DNA of 64,000 nt, taken from NCBI RefSeq assembly GCF_018350175.1, contig NC_058368.1, forward strand, positions 236,718,001 to 236,782,000, in the 5' to 3' direction. Positions 1 to 12,780 of this stretch are shown here, in pieces. Both the position numbers and the translations under genes were made by a program. The DNA is from Felis catus. Its lineage: Eukaryota. Under the pieces are notes generated by a model. The model saw only the letters and a program-made list of their open reading frames with translations. It made no database searches and had not been told where the DNA came from. Position 1 is the stretch's first letter; every line of letters starts with the position of its first letter.

Positions 1-1174
1 TCAAGCGACAAAGCTGACTGTTGACACTAGATTTTGTGCTTCCCTTGCTCTGGAATCTTCCCCATGAGTCATACTGCATGTCACCTGACCAATGAGGAGG
101 TGCCCCTTCGTGTGTGAGGAGGTACTCGGCAGGTTGAGTTTGAAGCAAAAACAGAGGGAAATAGACCGGCTAAGCCGGTTATTTCATGCCGTGGAGATGG
201 GAATTGGCCACGTGGGTAAGTCTTAAACCATCCAGTGGGCTGACGGTGTAAGTGCATCAGATTTTCCTTCTCAAGCTTCAACAGACAGAAAAAAATTAAG
301 AAGATACATAAACATAGGTAAATAAATCCAAAAAGAAAAGAGATAATTTGGGGGGAAAGTAAGTAATGAAAAATCCTAACACCTCTGTGCCCTTTTCCAA
401 TAATTTCCAAATCCTGATAAAGGTTTCCCTGGTTGGCCCACCCATACCCTGCCCCTACCGATTTGGTCATGTTCATAAGTGAAAACACATGATAACCTAA
501 TTTTTATTTCTGTCTCAAAAGAATATAGCATTATCTAGCTCTATTCAAGACATTAACTAGTTGGCAACCATTTAATAAGAGCTATGCGGTGATAACACAG
601 AGATAAAATCATGCTCCACGTTCTATGACAAGCAATGTCAAAAAGGTAATTAGATATGTGGCTATTTTTTCAACATCTTCTTACCTATTCACATATCTGG
701 AACTATTTAGATATTTGGCTAAATTGACAAATTCTGTGCATGCTTACATAAGACCGAAAACGTTATTAAATAATTTGAGAGACTGAGGCAACTCCTAGAG
801 TTGACAGGTTAAGCAAAATGATTTTGCTTTATTTTGATTCTATTCTTAATCCACTCTTACTCATCTTTTATGTTCTACCAGATTAATCCTCCTAAAACTC
901 CCCTAAATGGCACTCCTTACCGCAAGCCCACCACCCATCATGGTCCGCCAATCCTACGGATATGGTGCAACCCCATAAAGAAGCTCACATACCCCTTCTT
1001 TCCCTGACCTGGAATCACATGGCGGGGGCCACTGTTCAGTTCTGCTGGATTGTGGTGTGTGATGTTGCTTTCGTCTGCTCACCACTCCGAGCCTCTGTTT
1101 TCTCATAAATCGGGTCTGATAATATGCACCTTGGATACGTTTCAGCAAGTTGAGAGAATGTATTAAGATGGTGT

Positions 1175-1480
1175 TGACTCCATTCAACACTCATCAAGTG
1201 CCCGCTGCGTGTTGTTCCAAGCAGGAAGGCTCGAGCAGGAACAGACACGGCCAAGCCCAGCGTTGGGGGAGTTCACGTGTGGGTGCACAAGGCTGGCCAT
1301 AAAGTGCACGGGTGTCAGGTGGTGACGGGAGGCAGGAGGGTGCTATCTCAAGTAGGTGGGCAAGGGTACTTGGTCTCTAAGAGATGATGTTTGAGCAGAG
1401 AACAGTGAAGTGAGGGCACGAGCCATGCATGTATCTGGGGGAAGAACATTTCTGGCAGAGAACACAAGTACAAATGTCTT
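1175..1480 (-). mobile_element. L2 LINE 3' remnant (ancient)
   Basis: Begins with CATTCAACACTCATCAAGTG (decayed antisense L2 tail) and contains TTTGAGCAGAGAACAGTGAAGTGAGGG...ATCTGGGGGAAGAACATTTCTGGCAGAG, typical of antisense L2 3' sequence. Confidence 0.6.
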
Positions 1481-1954
1481 AACGGGATATTTCATCCTTA
1501 AATGCAAAGGTCATTATGAATTATGCCACTGTTTTCAATACAATTGTGTTGTGCCAGAGGTTTGTATAACTGATGAGTTAAGAAAACTTACTAGAAGTAG
1601 AGCTTATGAGGCAAAGTACAAGTCTACCTTTGCAGCTCTTCATTAACATTGCCAACATCCTCAATTACTTTTTTCCTCACTTTGCCTCACCAGGTATCCA
1701 TATATGAGAAGTTACATTTCCTGATATCTCAAATATAAAAAATGTAAATGATTCCTGATGTGATGGGTGACCTGGGGTAATCCCCATTATTTGCATTCAC
1801 ACATGTTTTGGCTTACTACTACGATTAAATCATTCACATGCTTTTATTTCCTCTTTGTATGTCGTCTTTTATAAATGCAATATTCACAGACTGCTAGGGT
1901 TTTTTTTATTCATATGTGTTTTTGTTGTTTTTATGAGTTTTTATACATAGAGGC

Positions 1955-2142
1955 TTTTTAAAATATTTATTTCTTTTGAGAAAGAGGAGAGTGTGAGCAG
2001 GGGAGAGGCAGGAAGAGAGGAAGAGAGAGAATCCCAAGCAGGCTCTGTGCTGTCAGCAGGGTTCGAACTCACAAACTGAGATCATGACCTGAGACGAATT
2101 CAGGAGTTGGACATTTAACCAACTGAGCCACCCAAGTGCTCC
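1955..2142 (-). mobile_element. Can-SINE (SINEC), older copy
   Basis: Antisense head AACTGAGCCACCCAAGTGCTCC, GA-rich body, T-rich tail; degenerate TSD TATACATAGAGGC/TATACACAAAGC; sits within decayed minus-strand L1-like sequence. Confidence 0.9.
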
Positions 2143-3381
2143 TATACACAAAGCATTTTTAAACTTCATTTGTAGTATTTTCTTATCGGTCATGGTATTT
2201 TTGACAAATTATATTACATTTTTACAATGTTAAACCTCAGTAACTCATTTGGAGGTGTTGATTTCACTCTAGTATTTAGAATGGCTTTGTCAACCCCAAG
2301 GTTTCAGCTTCCAGATTTGACACCAAACACTAATCCACCTGCAATTTCTACTGCCACATGGAGAAAAGGAGATGCATAGTTGTTATTGCTGTTTTTGCTG
2401 TTTTATGACCCATCAGTTTTCCCACACATGTTACCAGCCGGTTTTCCCCTTCCTCAATCGTGTCTTCAAGCGGCATGGACCTGAATGCATGCATCGGAAT
2501 CCTTTTGTTTTACAAAGGAAGACACTAAGATTTAGAGAACTTGACTGCTTCCTGGCCCTCAGGCTGGGGCTCGTGCTGCCCTGGCTGAATAATAGCTCTC
2601 GTCCTTGTGGAAGGTCCTGCCTGAGGTTGGGTCACTGTGGAGCCAGGTCCCTGGGACAGGGAGACAGTTGAGCCCCTTAGGGTTCCCCAGGCAGTGAGGC
2701 ATCACCCCACGGTGTCCTTTTGTGAAGAGTGGGTAGGATCACCACAGAACTCTGGGGTCTGATGGCACTGCCCATAAATGAGCAGTAAGGCGCTTTTCCC
2801 ACAGATTGATCCTGAAGCTTTGACATGCTCTCAGCACCTCTGCAATCAAATGCCTCCCACACAAACAGGTTTGCAGGTCTGACACGCTTGTTCTAGCATT
2901 CGGTGATTTGACAAGAAGGGAGGATACATTTCCTTTAAAATCGGCTAGAAAATAAGATCATGGGTCATGCCCTTATTTTGTGATTTTACTTTGACATTTT
3001 CATATTCTAATAGCATACGTATTTAAATATATCAAGGAAGATGACATACGTGTCTTTGATAATATTATTTACTAACTTATAAGGAATTCTAGGGGAATCT
3101 TCCAAATTATATAATTCAAATGAGTGGTAGCTCTTTTTTTTCACTTAAAAGTAAGCTTCTTTTGAGATTTGTTGAAAAATTAACTTAATGTATGTTAATT
3201 CAATATAACTAAATACGTAATCATGAAAAGCTCATGTTGTGCTTCCAAGTTTCTTGTAAAAATATTAACAAATATTAGCAAAGCAAGCCTATTTAAAATA
3301 AATGATTATTAATTTATATATATGACATGTACTTTCATATAACATGTTATATCAGTGGTATTCAAAAATCAATGCAAACTT

Positions 3382-3590
3382 GGGGCACTTGGATGGCTCA
3401 GTCAGCTAAGCGTCCAGCTCTCAGTTTTGTTTCGGGTCATGATCTCAAAGTCTGTGAGTTCGAGCCCTACATCAGGCTCCATGCTGACAGTGCAGAGCCT
3501 GCTTGAGATTCTGTTTTTCCCTCTCTCTGCCCCTCCTGGGCTCTCATGCTGTCATTCTCTCTCAAAGTAAATAAATAAACATTTTAAAAA
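3382..3590 (+). mobile_element. Can-SINE (SINEC)
   Basis: GGGGCACTTGGATGGCTCAGTC head, GTTCGAGCCC B-box, CT tract, AATAAA tail; degenerate TSD AAAATCAATGCAAACTT/AAAATCAGATGCAAAGTT. Confidence 0.92.
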
Positions 3591-6153
3591 ATCAGATGCA
3601 AAGTTAAGACAATTCCCATGTAAGAAAACAACTTTTAAAGTAAACATTTTCAGACATAATTAGTAGATAGATGTTAATACAGAAAAAGGAATCTGTTCTC
3701 TCAAAGTATAGATCTTGGCAATCAATATAAAATCATTCAAAAATACAACCAAGTTTGATGTTTTGTCCGTCATAAAGCAGTTGGCAAATGATTGTAAATT
3801 TTTTTCTGAAATTAAAAGTAATTTGAAGCCCTTATTTGAGAAGCATTATTTTTGATGCAGCTTCTTAAAGGAATATCTACATCATGACTTCTCTGTGTTT
3901 TTTTGCAATTACCTTTTTCTTCCTTGAAAAAGTAATTTGAAAATAATTTAAGGTAGCATGACTGAAAGTCATAAGCACGCACTGCATGCCGTGTGGGCCC
4001 CATGAGGGTCCCCTACTGGGGCACCCCTTCTCCACCCTCGCCTCGTGGGACCGGCTTGTTGACAACTCTTTCCACAGAGACATCGCTGGGAGACTGTCTT
4101 GCTTCTCCGTACTTCCCTGGTGGCAAAAGGAGCTGGCTGGAGGCAAAATGTCCTGTCAGCCCCCTGAGGTCACCAACAAGGTCCCCCAGCCTGTAGTGAG
4201 TGCCTACAGGCCTGGTGGCTCTCTGAGGTTCCAGCCTTCCAACATGGAAATGTTTCCAGGTCCTCGCTCCCGGTCTCACCCTCTCTGCAGGGGACCGGCA
4301 AGCAACGGGACAGGTCCGCCATTCTCAGTCCCCTCATGCCCGGTGGAGAGCAGTGTCCATGGCTGTGGGGCGGGGCCAGGTGGAAGAATGAGGCCCACCT
4401 TCTCTCTGCCTCCTCTAAGACACCGCGTCTCATGCTCCTTGTTTTTCCCTTCAGGGGCTCCTGTATAATCTTCAGGGTGAGTCTGGGTTCTTGGAAACAC
4501 ACTTCCCATCTACAGATCTCCCCGGAGATGAAAAAGCATGGGTCCACTCTGCATTTCTATGGGTGAGAGGTAAATGGAATGCACAGTAATAAAAAAAAAT
4601 ATGCTACCTCGCAAAATAGTATTCACCCCTTACCCAGTGCACCTTCTCTCATTGGGGAACACCGCAAAGACAAATGGAGCCCAGTCTATGTGCAGAGCAC
4701 TGGCCTCCACGGAGAGGTCTCTCTCTGGAGATCACTGAGGAAGCGTGCATACCTGAAGTGTCAGAGAAGAGGTAAAAGCCCCCCTCACCAGAAGCGGAGT
4801 GTGCGGCCACGGGAAATAGACAGCAGAGCCTGTGGAGTTAAGGAAGGTGCTGTAGGAACGTCCATTCATGTCTGAAGAGATCGGCGTTCTTTTCCCCGGT
4901 TGATGGTGAAGGAGCACGGATAGAAAGGTGCAGCCGCCGCGATGGCCTCTCCATCCCTGGGTTTGTGGTGAGAGGCGGCGCCGGGAACATAATATCGCTT
5001 CCAGCTGCTGAGTCTTCAAGGGTATTCTTGTCGAGAAATGCTACAAGGATAGACACTTCCTTGTGTCACCAGAAGGGTCACAGATGGATAACCAGGGGCA
5101 GCACGTTTGCCGCAAATCACCGGAAGTCACATGGTATCGTGAATTGTGCAGAAATGCCCCCTCTAGTCTGGATTCTGGTCTCCTTTCTCACAAGTGATAA
5201 ATTAGGCTCAGATGTCCAGTACGGTTTGCATTGCAAATGCTGTGGAATTGTTTCTTCTTCGTCTTCAAACTCCCCTGGTCCGGAGGGGTTTTTCCCTTCC
5301 GTATTTGCTTATCCTGATGTTTCCCTTTGCATAAACAGCAATCCCATAATCCTGCGGATCAAAGAGCACTGGGTTTATTGACTGACTTCCTGGTGTCAGA
5401 GGTTAGGACGCACTGTCAGACACAGGGGATATTAGGAAATAAAAAGGGTTACTGATATGAAAGCGGGGAATAAAATGCAGGCACCAAAAGGGATCTCTAA
5501 TGCTCTAATAATCAGCCACAGTAGATTTCATATGCAGCTCCGGCAGCCACTCCAGTAACCTGGATAAGAAAACAAATCGTCCCCAGCTCTGTGGATCGGA
5601 TCTGGAAGGCGCTCGCCTCTGCACCGGCAGCCCCAGAGGCCGCGGAGGGGGGGCTGGGGCACTGGCCCGTGGAGGGCCACTCCACAAATGAAGCCTGGAA
5701 GACGACCGGGCAGGTGAGCCTCCCAGCTCATGCCGCATGTAGATTGACTTAATGCACCCTCCGCATGCCTGGGAAAAACGTAACGGTTTATCTCATGCCC
5801 AGCCTGCGCCGTAGCAGAGCGGCGGGGAGTTTGTTTCACGACTACCGCCGAAAAGACCCGAACGTGCGTCTTCGCCGATGATGCCGATGTTGTTAACTAA
5901 TCTGATCAGACCCAATTGGCTCGCTGTTCGGATTTCGTTTTTGTGTACTACAGGACCTTAAACGGCACGGCCAAGGAGACAGCAGATGCCTCCACGGACG
6001 GACCCATTTCCCAACCCTTCGACATGCCTGACACAGGCAAAAAAAAGGTCAGTTTGCACTTTGGTACATCTGACCATTGAAGCACCTTGCCCAGATCCCG
6101 CTGCCTCTGTGTACAAACAGCTGAGTGACACCTGTGTCGGGTGCAGGGTGTGG

Positions 6154-6300
6154 ATACATCAGTGTATGTATAAATACACTGTAATACAGTGTATGTATAA
6201 ATGTGTATAAATACACATCAGTGTATGTATAAATATGTGCACACACACTTTGTGTGTGTGTGTGCATTGCTGAGTGTGTGTGCACGTGGTGTGTGTGTGA
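6154..6300. repeat. Low-complexity tandem (CAGTGTATGTATAAAT x3) followed by an imperfect (GT)n tract
   Basis: Directly visible repeated units. Confidence 0.8.
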
Positions 6301-6400
6301 GGGGGGTGGTGGGAGGTACCCAGTGCTATTTAGTACTCTGTGACTCATTCATGTGCTCAGTATGAGCACCTACTAATGGCCAATCAAGACAAAGGTATCT

Positions 6401-6607
6401 GGGGGCCGCTGGGGGCTCGGTCGGTTTAGCGTCTGGCTCTTGGTTTCAGCTCAGGTCGCGATCTCGAGGTTTGTGAGTTCGAGCCCCGTGTCCAGCTCTG
6501 CGATGACAGTGCAGAGCCTGCTTGGGATTCTCTCTCTCCCGCCCTCTCGGCCCCTCCTCCAAGCTCTCTCTCTCTCTTTCTCTCTCAAAATAAATACGTA
6601 AACTTTA
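6401..6607 (+). mobile_element. Can-SINE (SINEC), host of a nested SINE
   Basis: SINEC head and body; outer TSD AGACAAAGGTATCT (6387-6400) / AGAGAAAAGTATCT (6831-6844) brackets both this and the next copy. Confidence 0.92.
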
Positions 6608-6816
6608 GGGGGCGCCTGGGTGGCTCAGTCGGTTAAGCATCAGACTTCAGCTCAGGTCATGATCTCACAGTCTGTGAGTTCGAGCCCCACATCAGGCTCC
6701 ATGCTGACGGCTCGGAGCCTGGAGCCTGCTTCATATCCTGTGTCTCCCTCTCTCTCTGCCCCTCTGCTGCTCATGCTCTGTCTCTCTCTGTCTCAAAAAT
6801 AAAAAATAAAAATAAA
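6608..6816 (+). mobile_element. Can-SINE (SINEC_Fc-like) inserted in the tail of the preceding SINE
   Basis: GGGGCGCCTGGGTGGCTCAGTCGGTTAAGC head; TAAACTTTA duplicated on both sides. Confidence 0.95.
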
Positions 6817-8769
6817 TAAACTTTAAAAAGAGAGAAAAGTATCTTCTCTTGAAGGAAGAAGGTTTCCCGGGTCTTCACTGCTCCAGACTCCCTCGCACAA
6901 GCGTCACAAGCATTCTCTGGAGTCTGCCGTCCGTGTCAACAGCGTGGAGGGGCACTGCCACGCAGGTGGCCACCAAGTGGTGTTTCCCTGGAGACCTAGC
7001 GGTGAGCAAACCCCTAATCGATGGCGCACACTTATGCAGGTGCCCGTGCTTCTCCTTCCAGGACCTAGCCACTAGTGTCATCTGTGTCCTATAGGATCTT
7101 CTCTGCTAAAGCCAGTGCATCCCCGATGCAGAGCCCATCTGTCCTGCTCACCCCAAGGGACCCGGACCTACTCTTGCAAATACTCAACATAAGCCTGTCC
7201 ATACATCACTGGAACTTGCTGCTTTAGTCCGTGATACCCTGTAGGGTCAGGACAAGTGTGTTCGCCATTATCCCGCCAAGTCCTGAGGTCGGCCCTGGCA
7301 TGTCACAGACGCTCCAGGCTGCCATGGACAAGCCTCCTCCCTCCCTCTCCCCTCCCCTCCTCCTTCGTCAACCCTGAAGAATTTGCAAAGTGACGGCTTA
7401 CCCCGGAGTTCATTCCAGCTCAGTGACAGGTTTGATTTGACTTACAGAGTGGTTTCTTGCAGGCACATTTACATTAGCTGGAAAGACTGTTTACGCGAGA
7501 TATTCCATATATGAAAATCTAAATGCCAACCTTCTCTTAACAACCCATGCAGTCCGGCCCTGTCGGGTCTGCTACCTGCATGGGAAGAAGTAGCCTCCCT
7601 CTTTCAGATGCAGTTAGGACACTCTGTGCGGCCGTGGCTTCACTGACCCCATCAGACCTCGGATGGACCCTGACCACTAAAGCCCCTGAGTTTGCCGCCT
7701 TGAGCTGATGAATAACAGTGACTGTAGTTAACGGGGCCTTACATCCACAGGACCAAGTCTATGACCTGATACACAGAAAAGAGCTAATACGGGTTTGGGA
7801 TGGATAAGCGTGTTAAAACTCTGGGCCCTACAAATTGCTACAGAGCATCCATATAAAAAGCAGACTAAAATTAAAAATGCTGTCTTGTTATTACACTTTA
7901 GTCATATTCTGCTGAAAATAGTAATTTGAGTTAGCATTTGCATAACTTACGACGTAACCTGCAGAATTACCTAGAAGGCGTTGGATATGGAGTTAATTAA
8001 AAATATTTGTGGTAAATGGAGATGCAAATGACCACCTGTTCCCCTGCTTACTTTCCCTTTAACATCCCCAGTGGCTGATGTGAAGGTGTGAGGTCCAGCC
8101 TACACGATGCTGTCTTGGGTAACACGAATGCCCACCGGTTCACGTGTTATTGGTGATGAAGGCTCACAGAACGTCACTAGCGAAAGGCTTTTCCCCTGCT
8201 CCTAAAGTCATGGTTCCTACAGCAGGTTATATCACGAACTGCCTGCAAACACTCTTACCATCCTGCTTCTCCGTGTCTGTGGTTGCTGAAATGGTGTAAA
8301 AATGGGCCATTTCCTGCATTCTGAACATTCCCCTTGCATCCCAGATCCGTGGCTTTCCCAGTTTATCAGAGCACTACCTCTGGAGAGTGTCAGAGGGAGA
8401 CCCAGAATGAACATCTTGGTGTTAGAAAACCGAGCTGCTCCATTCAGTGGACATTTAGTGGGTTCCTGTTCCCAAGTGTGAGCACAGCACTGGGCCTGGG
8501 TTCCAAGGGTGCAGAGACCTCGGCCCCCACCCTCAGAAAGCGAGGGTGTTGGGTTTGCTCATTGTTGTAGACCCAGGTCCTAACCCTTGGTGTATCCCTA
8601 CTTAATGCTCAATAAGAATTGATCGGATAAACTTATAAACGGAGGGGTTTTTTTGGTTGTTTTTACAAACAAAAGCAACTTTTGGCCTCTGATTTTTATA
8701 AGTGACAAATAAATAAATCTGGATCCTAATCAGAAAGCATGGATTTATCTTCCAAAGTCGACCTATCCT

Positions 8770-8994
8770 GGGATGCCAGGGTGGCTCAGTCGGTTAAGCG
8801 TCTGACTACAGCTCAGGTCATGATCTCATGGTTGGTGGGTTCAAGCCCTGTGTCGGGCTCTGTGCTGACAGCTCAGAGCCTGGATCCTGCTTCAGACTTT
8901 GTCTTCCTGTCTCTCGGCCCCTCCTCCACTTGTACTCTGTCTCTCTCTCTCTCTCAAAAATAAATAAACATTAAAAACTAAATGAAATAAAAAC
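8770..8994 (+). mobile_element. Can-SINE (SINEC_Fc-like)
   Basis: Head, B-box, CT tract and A-tail present; TSD AAAGTCGACCTATCCT/AAGGTTGACCTATCCT. Confidence 0.95.
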
Positions 8995-10282
8995 AAGGTT
9001 GACCTATCCTGACTCCAAGGTTGACCCCATGGTCCTGCCCCTTCACCAGGTAACCCACGGTCAAGGGATGGGCGTGCTGTTTTCCCTCTGCCTGAAGACA
9101 ATGAGCCAAGTTCTAAATCAAGGTGACCCCATGGCTACTGGAAGGCAGGAGGCAGATTCTCCAGGAAGGATGTGCCAACTTCTTCCAAGCTCTAAGCATG
9201 AGTGACATTGGCTCTCGCATCTCAGCAGAAGCCCTGAAGAAGGGGATTCAGCCTCACTGCCTTTCTGTAGGACAACAGGTGCTTTGTACCACAGGGAGGC
9301 TGGCAGAGCAGGCCCCAGAGAGCTTCTACTTAGAAGCAAGGACTTGAAGAACAAGAAGTTGATGTCACCCCAGGAGGAGACTCAGAGGGTCGTTACGGAC
9401 CCACCCAGAGCCTGATGCTGGGGAGGCCCCAAGGAAATGGAGAATGAAATGAAGCCAGGCAGGGGAGGAGGGACAGGGCCGTGAGAGTCTTTCCCATGTG
9501 CTAAGATCCACAAGGCCAAGTCTGTCATCCAAGTGTGGGTGAGGGACCACAATCACCAGCAGCTATTGCCATTTTCCTCAAATGAAACGTTCCTTGATTG
9601 AAAGACCCTCCCAGGCCCTGGTTGCGGGCGCTCGCACACAGGAGGTGCTAACGAGGGGATGTTTGAGTCAAGATGAGCACGTGTGATCAGGGGCCAGGGT
9701 GCCTGACATGTTTGACCAAGGGCTTGAAGTTCCATCCAAAGCCTGGCGTGCTTGGCTGTGGACCCGCTGGGTTCTCCCAGCCACGTGCTCATCGCCTGGA
9801 AGGAAAGTCATGGCACCCACAGCGAGTGGTTAATGCGCATCAATCTTCCTTCACTGAACACGATCGCTGGGTGATGCGCCATGGAGGGCAAGTGTCCCTG
9901 ATGGGAGACGGGCCACCATTGGCCGACGTTGGAAGAATTGTTCACTTTTATCACTCATTCCTATTACACGATACCGAGAAAAAGAACTTTCAAGCCAAAT
10001 ATGTTTATTCCATACCATTCTAACATCGAGGGGCTCTTTCAGCTCTCAGATCTATAATCCAAATAAATACCACTGTAGTTAATCTTGAAATTTTATATTC
10101 AGTGACACATGAGAGGAGTCTTGGTCCCCACGTGTCTTTTTTCTAGGATGGTTCTGCGGCAATAATACGTGTAGACTCCCCAAGAGTGGTGAAATCTGCT
10201 GTGTTTGCTCTTGAGATCATCGCCCAGGGGCAAGAGAGGAATTTTAGTTTCTTACAACCCACCATTTATGATGGTTAATTGG

Positions 10283-10645
10283 TGTTATAGGCTGACTGTT
10301 TGTGTCTTCCCCAAAACTCATATGTTGACATCCTAACCCCTAATGAGTTGGTATTTGGAGGTGGGGCTTTAGGACGTGATTAGGTCACAAGGGTGGGGCC
10401 CCCATGAGTGGGATCAGTGCCCTGAGAAGAGATCCCAGAGAACCCCCCCTCCACCTTCCTGCCCTGTGAGTGCACAGCAAGAAGATGGTCATCCAGGAAC
10501 CGGGAAGGGGCCCTCAGCAGACACAGCACCCGTCAGAGCCAGATCTTGAATTTCCAGCCTCTAGAATTGTGACAAATAAATAAATGTCTATTGTCTAAGC
10601 CCCGAGTCTATGGTATTTCAGTGACAGAAGTCCCAGCTGACAGAG
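10283..10645 (+). mobile_element. MLT1-type (ERVL-MaLR) solo LTR
   Basis: Starts TGTTATAGGCTGA...CCCCAAAACTCATATGTTGA, contains GTATTTGGAGGTGGGGC and TTCCAGCCTCTAGAATTGTGA..AATAAAT, hallmark MLT1A-C motifs; about 360 bp. Confidence 0.85.
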
Positions 10646-11415
10646 GTGGTTATGCAACAGAGCAAAAATAAAAGTTCCTATTGCAGAGTGTTTATACCAC
10701 GTGAGGGGCTGTTCTGAGTGTTTGCTGTGTACTTATCCTCATGGAAACCCTAGGAGAGCAGGGCTGTGATGGACAGTTGGGTTTTGTGGGCTTTTTTAGA
10801 TCCCAAAAGCAAGAGAAAATCGTTGCAAAAAATCAAACCATGGACTTTCCATACATCAATTTGTGATCCCAGAAAAAGAAAAGAAATGTGTGCATGGATG
10901 CATATAGACATATATAGAGGCATGTATACACATATACATATAAACTTTTAGGCTTGAAGTTCAAAATATTATAATGTGTTCAATAATGTGAATGGAAAAG
11001 AACTTTGATATTTGCTTTCCTTTTAATTAGGAAAGAAATAGGGGAAGTGAGCAACTTATTTTGAAAGAAATTGGTAACACTGATTTCACATGGTCCCTGG
11101 GAGACCAGTTCTGCCTGCTGTCCTCCCGCTGTCCCGTGAGACAAGCCAGCCTGGGGGCAGGGCTGGCAGGGCTGTGTGCGTCTGTGACCCTTCATGTGGC
11201 AAGTGGCTGCCCTGAGGTGTGTGGTCCTCCCCTGCCGTGCCTTTTGATGTCAGTGACCATGATGCCAGATGAAGATAAGCCAGGAGGAAGCATTCCAAGG
11301 AAGACCCAAGGTTCTCGAAGGAAAGTATCAAGTCACGTGTGCACACTTGCATGGAACAGAAAAACAAATGAGAAAATGCACTTCAGGTTTTTCTTTATAT
11401 TTGTGTTTATTTTTT

Positions 11416-11623
11416 TTAACGTTTTTTTATTTATTTTTGGGACAGAGAGAGACAGAGCATGAACAGGGGAGGGGCAGAGAGAGAGGGAGACACAGAATCG
11501 GAAACAGGCTCCAGGCTCTGAGCTGTCAGCACAGAGCCCGACGCGGGGCTCGAACTCACGGACCACGAGATCGTGACCTGGCTGAAGTCCGACGCTTAAC
11601 CGACTGCGCCACCCAGGCGCCCC
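11416..11623 (-). mobile_element. Young felid SINEC_Fc
   Basis: Antisense head CGACTGCGCCACCCAGGCGCCCC; perfect TSD TGTGTTTATTTTTT (11402-11415 / 11624-11637). Confidence 0.96.
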
Positions 11624-11637
11624 TGTGTTTATTTTTT

Positions 11638-11760
11638 AAAATAGGCTTCACGCCCAGCACGGAGCCCAACGCAGGACTTGAACTCACAACCCTGAGATCA
11701 AGACCTGAGCCGATATCAAGATTCAGACCCTCAACTGACTGAGACATCCAGGTGCCTCCC
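11638..11760 (-). mobile_element. Older short Can-SINE whose tail hosts the young SINE
   Basis: CTTGAACTCACAACCCTGAGATCAAGACCTGAGC...CTGAGACATCCAGGTGCC; degenerate outer TSD CTTCAGGTTTTT/CTTTAGATTTTT. Confidence 0.85.
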
Positions 11761-12149
11761 TTTAGATTTTTATTTGAGGCTATAATTCCGTTTCCTAAAA
11801 AAAGTCTTGAACTGTCCACGTTCTTTGTTCTGTTTGTCTACGTTGACCTTTTCTTACTTACCTTGCGGCCAGTTCTATGCATCTTCCTCGTCCCAAATGG
11901 GGACTTATTCAGGGTTAGTTTTCCCACACTAGAAGACAGGAGTCATCCACGACATGTCTTCTAAGGGCAGTAGATGTGTTACACAGGTTACAGAGTTGGG
12001 GACCCAATCCACAGATCGGAGCCGGGGAGGGGATCAACCTTTTTCCTCATGACATTGCCAGATAGATTTGGACCATCAAGGTGCATGATGGAGAAGCAAG
12101 GGGTTTAGGAAGGGTCATTGTCATTCTAGAGAAAGGAAAAAGAATCCCT

Positions 12150-12780
12150 CTTCTCTCCCCTTGGGTGTGAGCTGTAATCAGTGACCTATTTCCAAACAGT
12201 GCAGACAGCATGGAAGTGGGATCAGAAGCAACTTTGCAGGACAGAAATCTGGTAAGACACTGCTCTGCCAGCTGACCAAGATTAATATCACCAATTAATG
12301 ATAAGTCACATCAATGGCACATACCCCAGGTATGATATGAGGAGAAAGTCACTTTACTCCCATGCTCTCCCCCCCCAAATCCCTATGCCCTGTCTAGCCT
12401 AAGAAAAACACTACCCAACTCAAGCGGAGGGACATTCTACAAAGTACCTGACCAATATTCCCTAAGCTTCTCCATGCCACTGAAAACAAGGGAATCCTGA
12501 GAGACTGTCACAGACCAGAAGAGGGCAAGGAGACATGGGAACTGAGTGGAAAGTGACCTCTGGCTAAGGTCCAGGGACACTGGGGGAAAACTGGTGATGT
12601 CTGAATAAAACATGGGCTTCGGTTCATAGTAACACAGGGATGTTCGTTCACAGACGTGTCACATGTACTGCCGTGGAGGGTTTGAACAAGGAGAGCGAGG
12701 AGAAATGAACACCCTGGGCTATGGTGGCAGCTTTTCTCTAAGTGTAGATGCGTTCTAGAAAGTTCATTAGGAAATAAAGT
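12150..12780 (+). mobile_element. L1MC/L1MD-type LINE-1 3' UTR remnant
   Basis: TACCTGACCAATATTCC...GAAAACAAGGGAATCCTGAGAGACTGTCACAGACCAGAAG...GAAAACTGGTGATGTCTGAATAAA matches the recalled L1MC 3' UTR. Confidence 0.75.

Noticed and set aside
81..488. 135-aa minus-strand ORF with a hydrophobic middle
   Set aside because: The hydrophobic stretch comes from an A-rich low-complexity tract; no recognisable domain or convincing exon structure
1788..1795. ATTTGCAT octamer
   Set aside because: Lies in decayed antisense L1-like sequence, where this motif is consensus-derived
11269..11742. Recurrent ORFs of the FFNVYLFL..RETEHERGRGRERGRHRI type (also near 23.9, 30.9, 42.6 and 63.2 kb) that look like a gene family
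   Set aside because: They are antisense translations of Can-SINEs, not paralogous genes
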